In this document: one piece after another, positions 29,477 to 38,600 of the stretch
How positions within the stretch are numbered: the stretch's first letter is position 1
Layout of the letters: every line of letters starts with the position of its first letter
From: Alphaproteobacteria bacterium UBA6149
GTDB taxonomy: Bacteria; Pseudomonadota; Alphaproteobacteria; Rickettsiales; UBA998
DNA: 64,000 bases
Direction of reading: 5' to 3'
Assembly: GCA_002423155.1 (NCBI GenBank)
Contig: DIUV01000048.1
Location: 517-64,516, forward strand
Translations under genes and position numbers: made by a program
Notes under the pieces: generated by a model
The model's database searches: none
Told to the model about the DNA's origin: nothing
What the model saw: the letters and a program-made list of their open reading frames with translations, nothing else

Positions 29477-30172
29477 TTATCCTAAATCAAATAATAATAT
29501 TTCGGCTTTGTCCATACAGGTAAGTTTTATTTTTTTCTCCTGCGTGATGCCCGCGCCATCACCAGCTTGCATTATATGGTCATCCATATTTACACTGCCG
29601 CGGAGTATTTGTAGCCATATTTTACGTTCTTCTTTTATTTCATATTCAAAAGGCGAGTTTGCTTCTAAATCGAGAATATAAATATTTGTATTCTGATTAA
29701 TAAACAAACTGTTGCCTTTGCCTTCAGGAGAGGCAATCAGAGTTAAGCCATCGGCTCTTCTTTGTGAGGTGAAATTTCTTTGTTGATAAGCTGGTTCTAA
29801 CCCAGTTCTTTCGGGAGTAATCCAGATTTGTAAGAAATGTACGGCATCATCTTTGGGGTTAAACTCGCTATGTGCGATGCCGGTACCTGCGGACATAATT
29901 TGTACATCACCAGCAAGAATGCTCGAGCCATTTCCCAATGAATCTTTATGTGCTAATTCGCCTGATAATACATAAGAAATTATTTCCATATCCTTATGTT
30001 TATGAGTATCAAAGCCACGATTGGCGGATACTTTATCCTCGTTTATAACTTGTAAAACCCCAAAATTTTGGTGCTCTGGATCATAATAATCGCCAAAGCT
30101 AAAGCTATGACGGCTTTGTAGCCAGGAATTTTTTGTTCTGCCGCGTTCGGTGGATTTTCTTATAGTTATCAT
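29477..30172 (-). CDS. pirin family protein (cupin)
   Basis: RHSFSFGDYY......FGVLQVINEDKV...GFDTHKHKDMEIISYVLSG.L.H.DS.GN is the typical YhhW/pirin N-terminal cupin. Confidence 0.85.
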   Translation of the reverse strand: MITIRKSTERGRTKNSWLQSRHSFSFGDYYDPEHQNFGVLQVINEDKVSANRGFDTHKHKDMEIISYVLSGELAHKDSLGNGSSILAGDVQIMSAGTGIAHSEFNPKDDAVHFLQIWITPERTGLEPAYQQRNFTSQRRADGLTLIASPEGKGNSLFINQNTNIYILDLEANSPFEYEIKEERKIWLQILRGSVNMDDHIMQAGDGAGITQEKKIKLTCMDKAEILLFDLG

Positions 30173-30313
30173 TTTTTACCTTTTTTATTTGGCTTGGCTT
30201 TATTTAGATTGGCAGCTTATATAATGTTTTTTTATAATGCGAGGAGAAATAAATGGAAAAAATCGTTTGGAAGCTTTTAGTGATGGGGTAGTTATTTATA
30301 GTATAAAGTATCC

Positions 30314-30529
30314 CACACGACAGTACTATTAATAAAAGCACTACATATTGATATATAACGTATCTTTATAATAAATATATCCATCGTCATCACCGTCGAA
30401 AGACGGTATCCATGCCTATCAACTAGCTGAAAAGCCAATGGTTTGGCATAGATGCCGCTCTACGTGCTGCATGACAAAGGAGAGTTTTATTGTAAAAAGA
30501 CAAAATTAACGATTGGTGCTTTTGCCCTG
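30314..30529. repeat. modular hairpin repeat element (hybrid ends)
   Basis: The left end is CACACGACAGTACTATTAATAA, the core hairpin spans about 30385-30475, and the right end is ...AAAAAGACAAAATTAACGATTGGTGCTTTTGCCCTG. Confidence 0.85.
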
Positions 30530-30568
30530 AATGTTAATAAATTAAAAATATTCTAAAATAATATAAAA

Positions 30569-31756
30569 CTATCTCCCCAAATGCGGCGGCACATAGCTAT
30601 AATCCCCTTCCGACAAAGCTCCATATCTTCTCCGCGTAAAGCCTAATAGCATCCCAACACCTAGCGCAACACCGATTAATGAAGAACCGCCATAAGAAAT
30701 GAACGGCAAAGTCATCCCCTTAGCGGGTAATAAATTCACTGCCACGCCCATATTTATGATTGATTGCATACCAAATTGGGTTAAAATTCCGGCGGCGGCC
30801 AGCATAACGAATAAGTCCGACTCACGCCATATACGGTAAAAACCACGCATAATTACTGCGGCAAATAATAATACTATGCCTAACGCCATGAACATGCCGA
30901 ACTCCTCCCCCGCGACTGCGAAAATAAAATCGGTATGCGAATCAGGAATTTGCCATTTTACCACGCCTTCACCAGGACCTTTGCCAAATATTCCGCCACT
31001 TTGGAAAGCTTCCAATGCTTTAGAAACTTGATAATTATCGCCCACGGAAGGGTCTAAAAATTCATTTATGCGCTTGGTAACATGGGGAAGAAAACTATAA
31101 GCACCAACTACGCCAACCATGCCAATTGCCCCCATAATCGCCACCCAAACAAAGGACACCCCCGATAAAAATAACTGCACTCCAAACATACAGGTTAGAG
31201 TAAAAGACATGCCAAAATCAGGCTGGATAATGAGTAAAACAATGGAAATAACATAAATAGCAATGGAAATAATATATCCAGGAAAATCAACAATCCGTTG
31301 CCGTTCCGACATCATCCACGCAACCAGCACCGCAAAACAAGGCTTTAAAAATTCCGAGGGTTGCAAAGACATGCCCGCAATATTTATCCAGCGTTTTGCC
31401 CCCTTATTTTCAAAGCCTATGACCGGCAAAAGCATCATCACAATCAGGCTACCCATGAATGCCAGCACCGCCAAACGACGAATTTGCTGCACAGGCAACA
31501 TAGAAACACCAATGACAACAAAAACCGATAATATTAAAAAAACCTGCTGACGAATTACGAAATAAAATGGATCTAATTTAATCCTTGCCGCCACAGGTGG
31601 GCTACCTGCCGTCACCAGCAATGCCCCCAAAGCAACCAGCACACCAAACAAAAACAGGTTCACCCGATCCACCGTCCACCACCATCTACCCAAAGCGGAA
31701 GTATTAGTACGATCAAAATTTATACGATTGCGTGGTTTCATTTTTATTTTTTTCAA
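30569..31756 (-). CDS. ftsW: cell division SEDS protein FtsW
   Basis: 395 aa with 10 TM segments, plus QPSEFLK, PDSHTDFIFAVAGEEFG and LPFISYGGSS motifs. Confidence 0.9.
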   Translation of the reverse strand: MKKIKMKPRNRINFDRTNTSALGRWWWTVDRVNLFLFGVLVALGALLVTAGSPPVAARIKLDPFYFVIRQQVFLILSVFVVIGVSMLPVQQIRRLAVLAFMGSLIVMMLLPVIGFENKGAKRWINIAGMSLQPSEFLKPCFAVLVAWMMSERQRIVDFPGYIISIAIYVISIVLLIIQPDFGMSFTLTCMFGVQLFLSGVSFVWVAIMGAIGMVGVVGAYSFLPHVTKRINEFLDPSVGDNYQVSKALEAFQSGGIFGKGPGEGVVKWQIPDSHTDFIFAVAGEEFGMFMALGIVLLFAAVIMRGFYRIWRESDLFVMLAAAGILTQFGMQSIINMGVAVNLLPAKGMTLPFISYGGSSLIGVALGVGMLLGFTRRRYGALSEGDYSYVPPHLGR

Positions 31757-32049
31757 GTTAGTAAGGTCTGAATATTTCTAAACCCACTTAATACTCTGAC
31801 AATATAAATTGGTTTAGCACTCGCCTCATATATAATAAGATAGTTATAAACTTTCCAGAAGCGAACGTTACGATCTGTCAAATCATCACGTTTATGCCCA
31901 GTAAGAGGGTAATTTTCCAACAATTCAAAGGCAGAAAATATTTTATCTATCACTTTCTCTGCGGCAAAAACATTATCTTGCGCAATAAAATCCTGAATTT
32001 CTATTAAATCAATTCGCGCATCAGGAGAAAGATTTACGTTAAGATTCAT
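31753..32049 (-). CDS. parE: type II toxin ParE/RelE family
   Basis: 98 aa starting at ATG 32049 (MNLNVNLSPDARIDLIEIQDFIAQDN...YLIIYE...IYIVRVLSGFRNI). It overlaps parD by 11 nt and the ftsW start by 4 nt. Confidence 0.8.
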   Translation of the reverse strand: MNLNVNLSPDARIDLIEIQDFIAQDNVFAAEKVIDKIFSAFELLENYPLTGHKRDDLTDRNVRFWKVYNYLIIYEASAKPIYIVRVLSGFRNIQTLLT

Positions 32050-32296
32050 TTCTACGCTGCATAAGTTCTTGGTACACATCATTGCCAGAAACAAACAAAC
32101 CAGCATTCAACGAAGATAGCCCCTTATCAATTTCTACATTTAACCATTCAAGATTGTTCTTAGCAGCTTGCTCATGCTCAGCAAGCAGACGCAGACCATC
32201 CAACACCACCTCATTAGCAGAATGATAAAATCCTCTAGCTATTTGAGAATTGATAAAATTTTCAAATTCTGGGGTTAGCGATATATTCATAAGCAA
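32039..32296 (-). CDS. parD: type II antitoxin ParD (CC2985/COG3609 type)
   Basis: MNISLTPEFENFINSQIARGFYHSANEVVLDGLRLL is the ribbon-helix-helix N-terminus typical of ParD. Confidence 0.8.
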   Translation of the reverse strand: MLMNISLTPEFENFINSQIARGFYHSANEVVLDGLRLLAEHEQAAKNNLEWLNVEIDKGLSSLNAGLFVSGNDVYQELMQRRNES

Positions 32297-32357
32297 ATCC
32301 TAATAATATCTCCTACCATTCTAACATAACCCATCAAATTATCAACCGTAACTGCTA

Positions 32358-32555
32358 CAGGGCAATTTCACCAATCGTTAATTTTGATATTTTTTCACTA
32401 AAACATCTCTTGTCATACAGCACGAAGAGCGGTATCCATGCCTATAAACTAGCGTAGAAGCTAATGGTTTGGCATGGATGCCGCTCTACGTGCTGCATGA
32501 CAATGGAGAGTTTTATTACAAAAAGACAAATTTAACGATTGGTAAAATTGCCCTG
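32358..32555. mobile_element. full-length ~198-bp MITE-like palindromic element with a 10-bp target-site duplication
   Basis: Terminal inverted repeats are CAGGGCAATTTCACCAATCGTTAATTTTG... and ...AAATTTAACGATTGGTAAAATTGCCCTG. It is flanked by GTAACTGCTA (32348-32357) and GTAATTGCTA (32556-32565). The present murD stop lies inside it. Confidence 0.85.
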
Positions 32556-33860
32556 GTAATTGCTAACCAACTCCCGAAAAGCATCTCCACGAGCTTCAAA
32601 ACCGCTCCATTGGTCAAAGCTCGCCGCTGCTGGTGACAGCAAGATAACTGCTTTATCGCTTGAATTTTTTGCCATTTCTGTGGCAGTGCGCGTGGCATTT
32701 TCTAAAGTTTCGCAATTAGTATATGCTAATTTTCCCTCTAAAGTTTTAGCAAACTCTTCCGCGGAAGCACCAATTAAAAATGCATGCTTAATCTGGGGGA
32801 AATATTTTTCCAAGCTGGTAATGCCGCCTTCTTTTGCCAACCCACCAACAATCCAATAAACATTCTGATCATAAGTGTTAAGCGCACATACCGTAGATTC
32901 AGCATTGGTTGCTTTGCTATCATTCACATATAAAATGCCATTTTTGTCGCAAACTCTTTCCATACGATGCGGCAAACCAGCAAAACTCTGCATGGCAGCA
33001 TAAATATCTTCCAAATCCAGCCCTAATGCGCGACAAGCTGCCGCTGCTATTTGTGCATTTTGCCAATTATGCTTGCCTTGCAGCCCCAAACAGTTACGCA
33101 AAGAAAATTCTTTATCATCATCTTTGATTACTTCATCTGCATGTACTTCCATCACTAAATCTTCGGGCAATTTTTTTGCTATTTTCTGGCAATATTCATC
33201 ATCACCAGCGATTACGGCAATATGTTCACCCGCTACTTGACCAGCAAAAATACGTTCTTTTGCAGCAATATAACCTGCCATTCCATCATGCCGATCCAAA
33301 TGGTCGGGAGTGATATTGGTAAGGCAAGCAATATCAAATACCGAGTTAGATAATAAATCTAATTGATAAGAGGACATCTCTAAAACATAAACTTCGCCCT
33401 CGCCCAACATTTCTAATGCCAATGCAGGAGTACCCAAATTACCGCCTATTTGTACCGTGGATTCCTCCCCTTCAATATTTTTAAGAATATGCCCAATTAA
33501 GGCAGTGGTGGTCGATTTTCCGTTAGTTCCGGTAATGCCAACAAAAAAAGCTTCAGGGCAAGCTTCAAATAACAATTCAACTTCGCCAACAATGCGAACA
33601 TTATGTTTTTGCGCCAACGCCAAAACAGGATGCATTTTTGCACATTTATAGGGAACTCCAGGGCTGGCAACCACTATGGATAATTCTTCCCACGGCCAAT
33701 TATTATAATCATCGCCCAAATTTTCATGATTGGTTATTTTATCATCCCAAACAAAAACCTCAGCCCCACTTGCACGCAATGCCTCTACCGCCGCTTGCCC
33801 TGCTTTTCCCAAACCTAAAACGGCGGTTTTTTTATCCGTATATTTTTTTAATTCTATCAT
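32532..33860 (-). CDS. murD: UDP-N-acetylmuramoylalanine--D-glutamate ligase
   Basis: VLGLGKAG, GITGTNGKST and DSKATN motifs. The start is taken at ATG 33860 (MIELKKY), and the track's 33890 is possible. The last 7 codons (QGNFTNR) and the stop are encoded by the inserted repeat. Confidence 0.9.
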   Translation of the reverse strand: MIELKKYTDKKTAVLGLGKAGQAAVEALRASGAEVFVWDDKITNHENLGDDYNNWPWEELSIVVASPGVPYKCAKMHPVLALAQKHNVRIVGEVELLFEACPEAFFVGITGTNGKSTTTALIGHILKNIEGEESTVQIGGNLGTPALALEMLGEGEVYVLEMSSYQLDLLSNSVFDIACLTNITPDHLDRHDGMAGYIAAKERIFAGQVAGEHIAVIAGDDEYCQKIAKKLPEDLVMEVHADEVIKDDDKEFSLRNCLGLQGKHNWQNAQIAAAACRALGLDLEDIYAAMQSFAGLPHRMERVCDKNGILYVNDSKATNAESTVCALNTYDQNVYWIVGGLAKEGGITSLEKYFPQIKHAFLIGASAEEFAKTLEGKLAYTNCETLENATRTATEMAKNSSDKAVILLSPAAASFDQWSGFEARGDAFRELVSNYQGNFTNR

Positions 33861-33898
33861 TTTTATTTCGCCTTTAGAACCTGAGCACAATCTTTTTA

Positions 33899-34093
33899 CA
33901 GGGCGATTTCACCAATCGTTAATTTTGTCTTTTTTCACTAAAATATCTCTTGTCATACCGCCGCAGGGCGGTATCCATGCCTATCAACTGGCGTACAAGT
34001 CAATGGTTTGGCATGGATACCGCCCTGCGGCGGTATGACAATGGCGAATTTTATCGCAAAAAGACAAAATTAACGACTGGTGAAATCGCCCTG
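33899..34093. mobile_element. full-length 195-bp MITE-like palindromic element with a perfect 10-bp target-site duplication
   Basis: CAGGGCGATTTCACCAATCGTTAATTTTGTCTTTTTT ... AAAAAGACAAAATTAACGACTGGTGAAATCGCCCTG. It is flanked by AATCTTTTTA at 33889-33898 and 34094-34103. Confidence 0.9.
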
Positions 34094-34102
34094 AATCTTT
34101 TT

Positions 34103-34220
34103 ATTTCGGCAATTTTTCTCAATTTTGAGCGAAAATAGCAAGATAATTCGAAGCAATAGCTGTTCTATTGCAAGAATTATCTTGCTATTTGCAGCCAAAA
34201 TTGGGGAAAATGGGCAAATA
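34103..34220. repeat. about 115-bp imperfect palindrome, unrelated in sequence to the main family
   Basis: The arms are TTTCTCAATTTTGAGCGAAAATAGCAAGATAATTCGAAGCAATAG and CTATTGCAAGAATTATCTTGCTATTTGCAGCCAAAATTGGGGAAA, centred near 34162. It lies 3' of ubiG. Confidence 0.8.
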
Positions 34221-34232
34221 AAAAGATTGTGA

Positions 34233-34955
34233 TCAGGTTCTTACATAAGCAATCAAATAATTAACATCCACATCCTTAGATAAACTCCAAACATCTTTAA
34301 AGGGATTCCAAACCATACCTCGTAAATCTTCAAAATTCATCCCTTGTTTGCGCACCAGCTCATCAATCTCACTCGGACGCAAAAATTTCCGCCAATTATG
34401 TGTGCCACGCGGCAACCAGCGCAGGATATATTCCGCCCCCACAATCGCCAAAGCAAAAGATTTCGCTGTGCGGTTCATGGTCGATAGCACCAACAAACCA
34501 CCGGGGCGCACCAGACCAGTGCAAGCTTTTAAGAAACTTTCTACATCTGCCACATGTTCTATAATTTCCAAAGCCAGCACTACATCAAATTGCTGCCCTT
34601 CTGCGGCTAACATTTCTGCCGCCGCCACTTGATAATTTATATCTAAATTAGATGTTTGCGCATGTATTTTAGCGACCGCAATGTTTTTTTCCGACGCATC
34701 CACACCGCAAACTTTACCGCCTAAACGGGCTAAAGGCTCACAAACTAATCCCCCGCCACAACCAATATCCAATATTGACAAACCAGATAATCCGCCAAAT
34801 TTTTTGCTAGCAAGTTCATTGATATAGCCAACGCGCACGGGATTTATCTGATGTAGCGGACGAAATTTTCCACGCACATCCCACCATTCATCAGCAATGC
34901 GCGAGAATCGCTCTACTTCTTCTGCATCTACAGAAATTGCTTCTTTTAAATCCAT
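34233..34955 (-). CDS. ubiG: ubiquinone biosynthesis O-methyltransferase
   Basis: WWD..G.F.PLH.INP.R plus the SAM-binding ILDIGCGGGLVCEPLARLG. Confidence 0.9.
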   Translation of the reverse strand: MDLKEAISVDAEEVERFSRIADEWWDVRGKFRPLHQINPVRVGYINELASKKFGGLSGLSILDIGCGGGLVCEPLARLGGKVCGVDASEKNIAVAKIHAQTSNLDINYQVAAAEMLAAEGQQFDVVLALEIIEHVADVESFLKACTGLVRPGGLLVLSTMNRTAKSFALAIVGAEYILRWLPRGTHNWRKFLRPSEIDELVRKQGMNFEDLRGMVWNPFKDVWSLSKDVDVNYLIAYVRT

Positions 34956-34978
34956 GCTGATTGTCCTACATTTCGCTC

Positions 34979-35440
34979 ATGAGCAACTTATATACCCCCA
35001 AGCAAATACGACAAGTATTTTCCTCTGATGCTGCACAATTAGCGCAAATCCATCACGCTTGCCTGCCCACCAGCTGGAGCGAGCAAGAATTTTGCGAGCT
35101 ACTCACCAACCAAAATAATTTTTGCTATGCTCTGGAAACAAACCATCAAATAGTTGGATTTATCCTATGCAACCAAATATTAGACGAATGTGAAATATTA
35201 ACCCTCGCAGTATTAGCGAGTCACCGACGACAAAACATCGCCAAACAATTAATAGAAAAAACCTATCAACATGCGAAAGCACAAAAGGTAAAAAATATTT
35301 TTCTCGAAGTGGCAGAAAATAATTACGCTGCGCAAAATTTATATAAAACATCTGGATTTATACAAATAGGGCTTAGAAAAAATTATTACATAATTGATAA
35401 CCAGCCAATTGCTGCACTGATTATGCGATATGATGTTTAA
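34979..35440 (+). CDS. rimI: GNAT acetyltransferase, RimI-like
   Basis: About 153 aa from ATG 34979 (the track uses TTG 34961). Motifs ILTLAVLASHRRQNIAKQLI and NYAAQNLYKTSGF. The RimI assignment rests on size and motifs only. Confidence 0.65.
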   Translation: MSNLYTPKQIRQVFSSDAAQLAQIHHACLPTSWSEQEFCELLTNQNNFCYALETNHQIVGFILCNQILDECEILTLAVLASHRRQNIAKQLIEKTYQHAKAQKVKNIFLEVAENNYAAQNLYKTSGFIQIGLRKNYYIIDNQPIAALIMRYDV

Positions 35441-35458
35441 AATATTATATTATACCCT

Positions 35459-35709
35459 GCACGACAGCATTATTAACAAGTCATTTATATATTGAAATAT
35501 AATAAATAAATCGCATTATCTCCATCGTCATTCCTGCGCAGGCACACTAATGTCCAATTAAAAATAAAAAGGTTTATATTTTATATGTGTCTGTATTAAA
35601 ACAACTCTCTGTCGGCATCCCCGCCCAACCTTTGTTTAGAAAGATGCGCGGGGATGACGATGGATAAATTAGTAAAAACAACGAAATTAAAGATTTATGA
35701 TTTTGCCCT
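35459..35709. repeat. modular hairpin repeat element (about 250 bp)
   Basis: The left end is GCACGACAGCATTATTAACAA. The internal CTCCATCGTCATTCCTGCGCAGGCACACTAATGTCCAATTAAA matches the reverse complement of 22161-22203. The hairpin is GGCATCCCCGC..GCGGGGATGAC. The right ~55 bp, GACGATGGATAAATTAGTAAAAACAACGAAATTAAAGATTTATGATTTTGCCCT, is nearly identical to 40176-40229. Confidence 0.85.
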
Positions 35710-35799
35710 ATATTAACATTGAACAAATCTTGCCAGCCATAAATGCTTAGTCTATATAATAGGCGTATAATTTATTTATTAATATATTTGCAGGATGAT

Positions 35800-37158
35800 A
35801 TGCCTAGCCTAAATAGCCCCATTGCCAATAGTAATTTCTCGCTACCACCTTTAAGATTAGGAATTGCAGGTCTTGGAACCGTAGGTATGGGGGTGATTAG
35901 TTTATTGAAAGATAATAATAAACTAATAAGCACGCGTTGTGGGCGAGATATAATTATAACTGCCGTTAGTGCTAGGGATGTTGCTAAGAATCGCGGATTA
36001 GATTTATCATCTATCCGCTTCGAAGCTGACCCGCAAGCGCTGGTAAAAGCGGATGACGTAGATGTGATATTAGAATTAATTGGCGGCTCGGAAGGAACTG
36101 CCAAAGAGTTGGTGGATTCGGCAATTATCGCTGGAAAGCCCGTAGTAACTGCGAATAAAGCCTTATTAGCCCATCATGGGGCTACTTTAAGTAAATTAGC
36201 TGCCATGCATAATAGTTCTGTTGCTTTCGAGGCGGCGGTGGCAGGGGGGATTCCGCTGATAAAAACCCTCCGGGAAGGGTTGGGCGCAAATGCTTATACG
36301 CGAGTTGAGGGGATATTAAATGGCACTTGTAATTATATTCTCACCACAATGGAGCGTACTGGCTCCGATTTTGAGCAAACGCTAAAGGTGGCACAAGAGC
36401 TGGGTTATGCCGAGGCAGATCCTTCATTTGATGTAGATGGTATGGATACCGCGCATAAACTAGCCATAATTTCTGCTTTGGCTTTTGGTACTACTCCGAA
36501 TATGAAAAATATTTATGTGGAGGGTATTCGAGATATTAGCCTGCAAGATATTAATTTTGCTAAAGAGTTGGGTTATCGCATTAAATTATTAGGTATAACT
36601 GCGCTTAACCAAACAGGCATAGAACAGCGCGTACATCCGTGTATGGTTCCTCTAACTTCGCCTTTAGCAACGGTGGATGATGCTTTTAATGCCGTATCCA
36701 TAGAGGGTAATTATGTCGGGAGAGTATTTTTAGAAGGAAGAGGGGCAGGGGCAAAAGCAACTGCTTCCGCAGTGGTTGCCGATGTTATGGATATTGCTCG
36801 TTTGGGCTCGATGCCTGCATTATTTCCTGCAAATAGCGCCTTGATGCATGGGGCGGAGGTAGAAACACAGTTGCCAGAGGTTTTATTTTCATCTATGGAC
36901 AAAGTGGAATCTGGTTATTATTTGCGTTTGGGCGTGCTGGATCGTTCGGGAGTATTGTCAAAAGTGGCAGGTGCTTTTGCTAAAGCAAACATTTCCGTAC
37001 GTTCACTCATACAACATGCGCATAAACCGGGAGAACCAGTGCAGATAGTCTTAATAACTCATAAAACTAATGAAGCAGCCATGCGCGAAGCTTTGGAAAC
37101 TATAACGGGATTGGAACCAGTGATTTCCAAACCAAAAATGATAAGGATAGAAGAATAA
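35800..37158 (+). CDS. hom: homoserine dehydrogenase
   Basis: LRLGIAGLGTVGMG Rossmann N-terminus, ILNGTCNYILT and DGMDTAHKL motifs, and a C-terminal ACT domain. The start is set at ATG 35800. Confidence 0.9.
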   Translation: MPSLNSPIANSNFSLPPLRLGIAGLGTVGMGVISLLKDNNKLISTRCGRDIIITAVSARDVAKNRGLDLSSIRFEADPQALVKADDVDVILELIGGSEGTAKELVDSAIIAGKPVVTANKALLAHHGATLSKLAAMHNSSVAFEAAVAGGIPLIKTLREGLGANAYTRVEGILNGTCNYILTTMERTGSDFEQTLKVAQELGYAEADPSFDVDGMDTAHKLAIISALAFGTTPNMKNIYVEGIRDISLQDINFAKELGYRIKLLGITALNQTGIEQRVHPCMVPLTSPLATVDDAFNAVSIEGNYVGRVFLEGRGAGAKATASAVVADVMDIARLGSMPALFPANSALMHGAEVETQLPEVLFSSMDKVESGYYLRLGVLDRSGVLSKVAGAFAKANISVRSLIQHAHKPGEPVQIVLITHKTNEAAMREALETITGLEPVISKPKMIRIEE

Positions 37159-38156
37159 TGTCTGTGCAAAACGTACAATTTACTGAAAATTTTACTATGG
37201 ATCGTAATTTTGCTTTGGAAGCAGTGCGTGTTACGGAAGCCGCTGCTTTAGCCGCAGCACATTGGATTGGCCTGGGAAAAGAAAAAGCCGCCGACCAAGC
37301 CGCTGTAAATGCCATGCGTGAGGCTTTGAATGGTCTGACTATCGAGGGAACTGTAGTAATTGGTGAAGGTGAGCGTGATAAAGCGCCCATGCTATATATA
37401 GGTGAAAAAGTTGGTGCAGGAAATGGACCAAAAATTGATATTGCCTTAGATCCATTAGAAGGCACTACACTTTGCGCTACAGGTGGTCCTAATGCCTTGG
37501 CGGTTATGGCTATGGCAGAAAAAGGCGGTTTTTTGCATGCACCTGATGTATATATGAGTAAAATTGCCGTAGGTGGTGGTCTGCCCGAAGATGTGGTGTG
37601 CTTAGATGCTTCCCCTTTAGAAAATTTGAAGAATTTGGCATTGGCAAAAAAATGTGCAATTTCTGATTTGATGGTAGTGATACTAGATCGCACGCGTCAT
37701 GAAGAGTTAATTGCCAAAACGCGTGAAGCAGGTGCCAGAATACAGCTTATTCAAGATGGCGATGTGGCAGGTGCTATCGCAACTTCTCGCCCTAATACCG
37801 GGGTTGATTTATATGTGGGTACAGGTGGAGCGCCCGAGGGAGTTCTCGCTGCGGCAGCCTTGCGCTGCATTGGCGGACAATTTCAAGGAAGATTATTGTT
37901 TGATAATGAAGAGCAAAAAATTCGTGCTCAACATATGGGCGTAACTGATCCCAATAAAATATATAAATTAGAAGAACTTGCAAATGGAGATGTAATGTTT
38001 GCTGCAACAGGTGTTACCTGTGGTTCTATGTTAGATGGTGTGCGCAGACAATCTGGTGGAGCAACCACACATTCGATAGTGATGCGCTCCAAAACGGGTA
38101 CTGTGCGCTTTATTCATGCCGAACACAACTTCACTCGCAAACCTTGGTTGCCGTGA
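37158..38156 (+). CDS. glpX: class II fructose-1,6-bisphosphatase
   Basis: LEAVRVTEAAALAAA.WIG.G.K..ADQAAV.AMR and GEGERD.APML.IGE.VG. TAATG overlap with hom. Confidence 0.9.
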   Translation: MSVQNVQFTENFTMDRNFALEAVRVTEAAALAAAHWIGLGKEKAADQAAVNAMREALNGLTIEGTVVIGEGERDKAPMLYIGEKVGAGNGPKIDIALDPLEGTTLCATGGPNALAVMAMAEKGGFLHAPDVYMSKIAVGGGLPEDVVCLDASPLENLKNLALAKKCAISDLMVVILDRTRHEELIAKTREAGARIQLIQDGDVAGAIATSRPNTGVDLYVGTGGAPEGVLAAAALRCIGGQFQGRLLFDNEEQKIRAQHMGVTDPNKIYKLEELANGDVMFAATGVTCGSMLDGVRRQSGGATTHSIVMRSKTGTVRFIHAEHNFTRKPWLP

Positions 38157-38315
38157 TTGTTAAGTAGTTGTTTAGATTTTTTGTGATAACATAGTATATG
38201 CTTAGTTATTGTAATATATTGGATGATATCCCTGTTGTTGCAGATAAATAGTTTGTTTTTTTGGTGCTTATATTTATAAAACTAGAGAATTATTTATTTT
38301 TATTTATTTTTTTTA

Positions 38316-38344
38316 TTGCAATATTGGCAATTCTTGGTTAATGT
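38316..38344 (+). promoter_or_regulatory. candidate sigma-70 promoter for the flp pilin gene
   Basis: TTGCAA-N17-TAATGT lies about 65 nt upstream of the flp ATG and is preceded by a long A/T tract. This is a pattern match only. Confidence 0.3.
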
Positions 38345-38408
38345 AACAGACAGCTGGTACTTGCTAGCGTTGTTAATTTTATAAAAAAATTTAGTTTGGA
38401 GAAATATT

Positions 38409-38582
38409 ATGAAAAATTTATTCGCTTTATTGAATGACGAGTCTGGCGCAACTGCAATTGAGTATGCTTTGATTGCTGCTCTTATCTCTATTGCTGCTAT
38501 TGCTGCAATGACTTCTACTGGTACTCAAGTTAGAGGTACTTTTACTGATGTTAAAAACACTCTTAAAGATGCTCGCAACTAG
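38409..38582 (+). CDS. flp: Flp/Fap family type IVb pilin
   Basis: Absent from the ORF track because it is only 57 aa. The product is MKNLFALLNDESGATAIEYALIAALISIAAIAAMTSTGTQVRGTFTDVKNTLKDARN, with the diagnostic G/ATAIEYALI Flp motif. The RBS GGAGAAATATT precedes the ATG, and a strong terminator follows. Confidence 0.85.
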   Translation: MKNLFALLNDESGATAIEYALIAALISIAAIAAMTSTGTQVRGTFTDVKNTLKDARN

Positions 38583-38600
38583 TTCTAGCGATAGTTCTTT

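Noticed and set aside
33730-34138. ORFs 33730-34038, 33950-34138 and 40007-40201, encoding peptides such as ...YRRRAVSMPIN..SQWFGMD.AL.R.D.GEFY.KKTKL...
   Set aside because: They are translations of the palindromic repeat elements, and the same peptide recurs wherever the repeat occurs. They are not independent genes, although element-derived codons are fused to the real murD and tsaB ORFs.
37100-37693. 197-aa minus-strand ORF.
   Set aside because: It is antisense to glpX and the hom 3' end, and shows no recognisable features.
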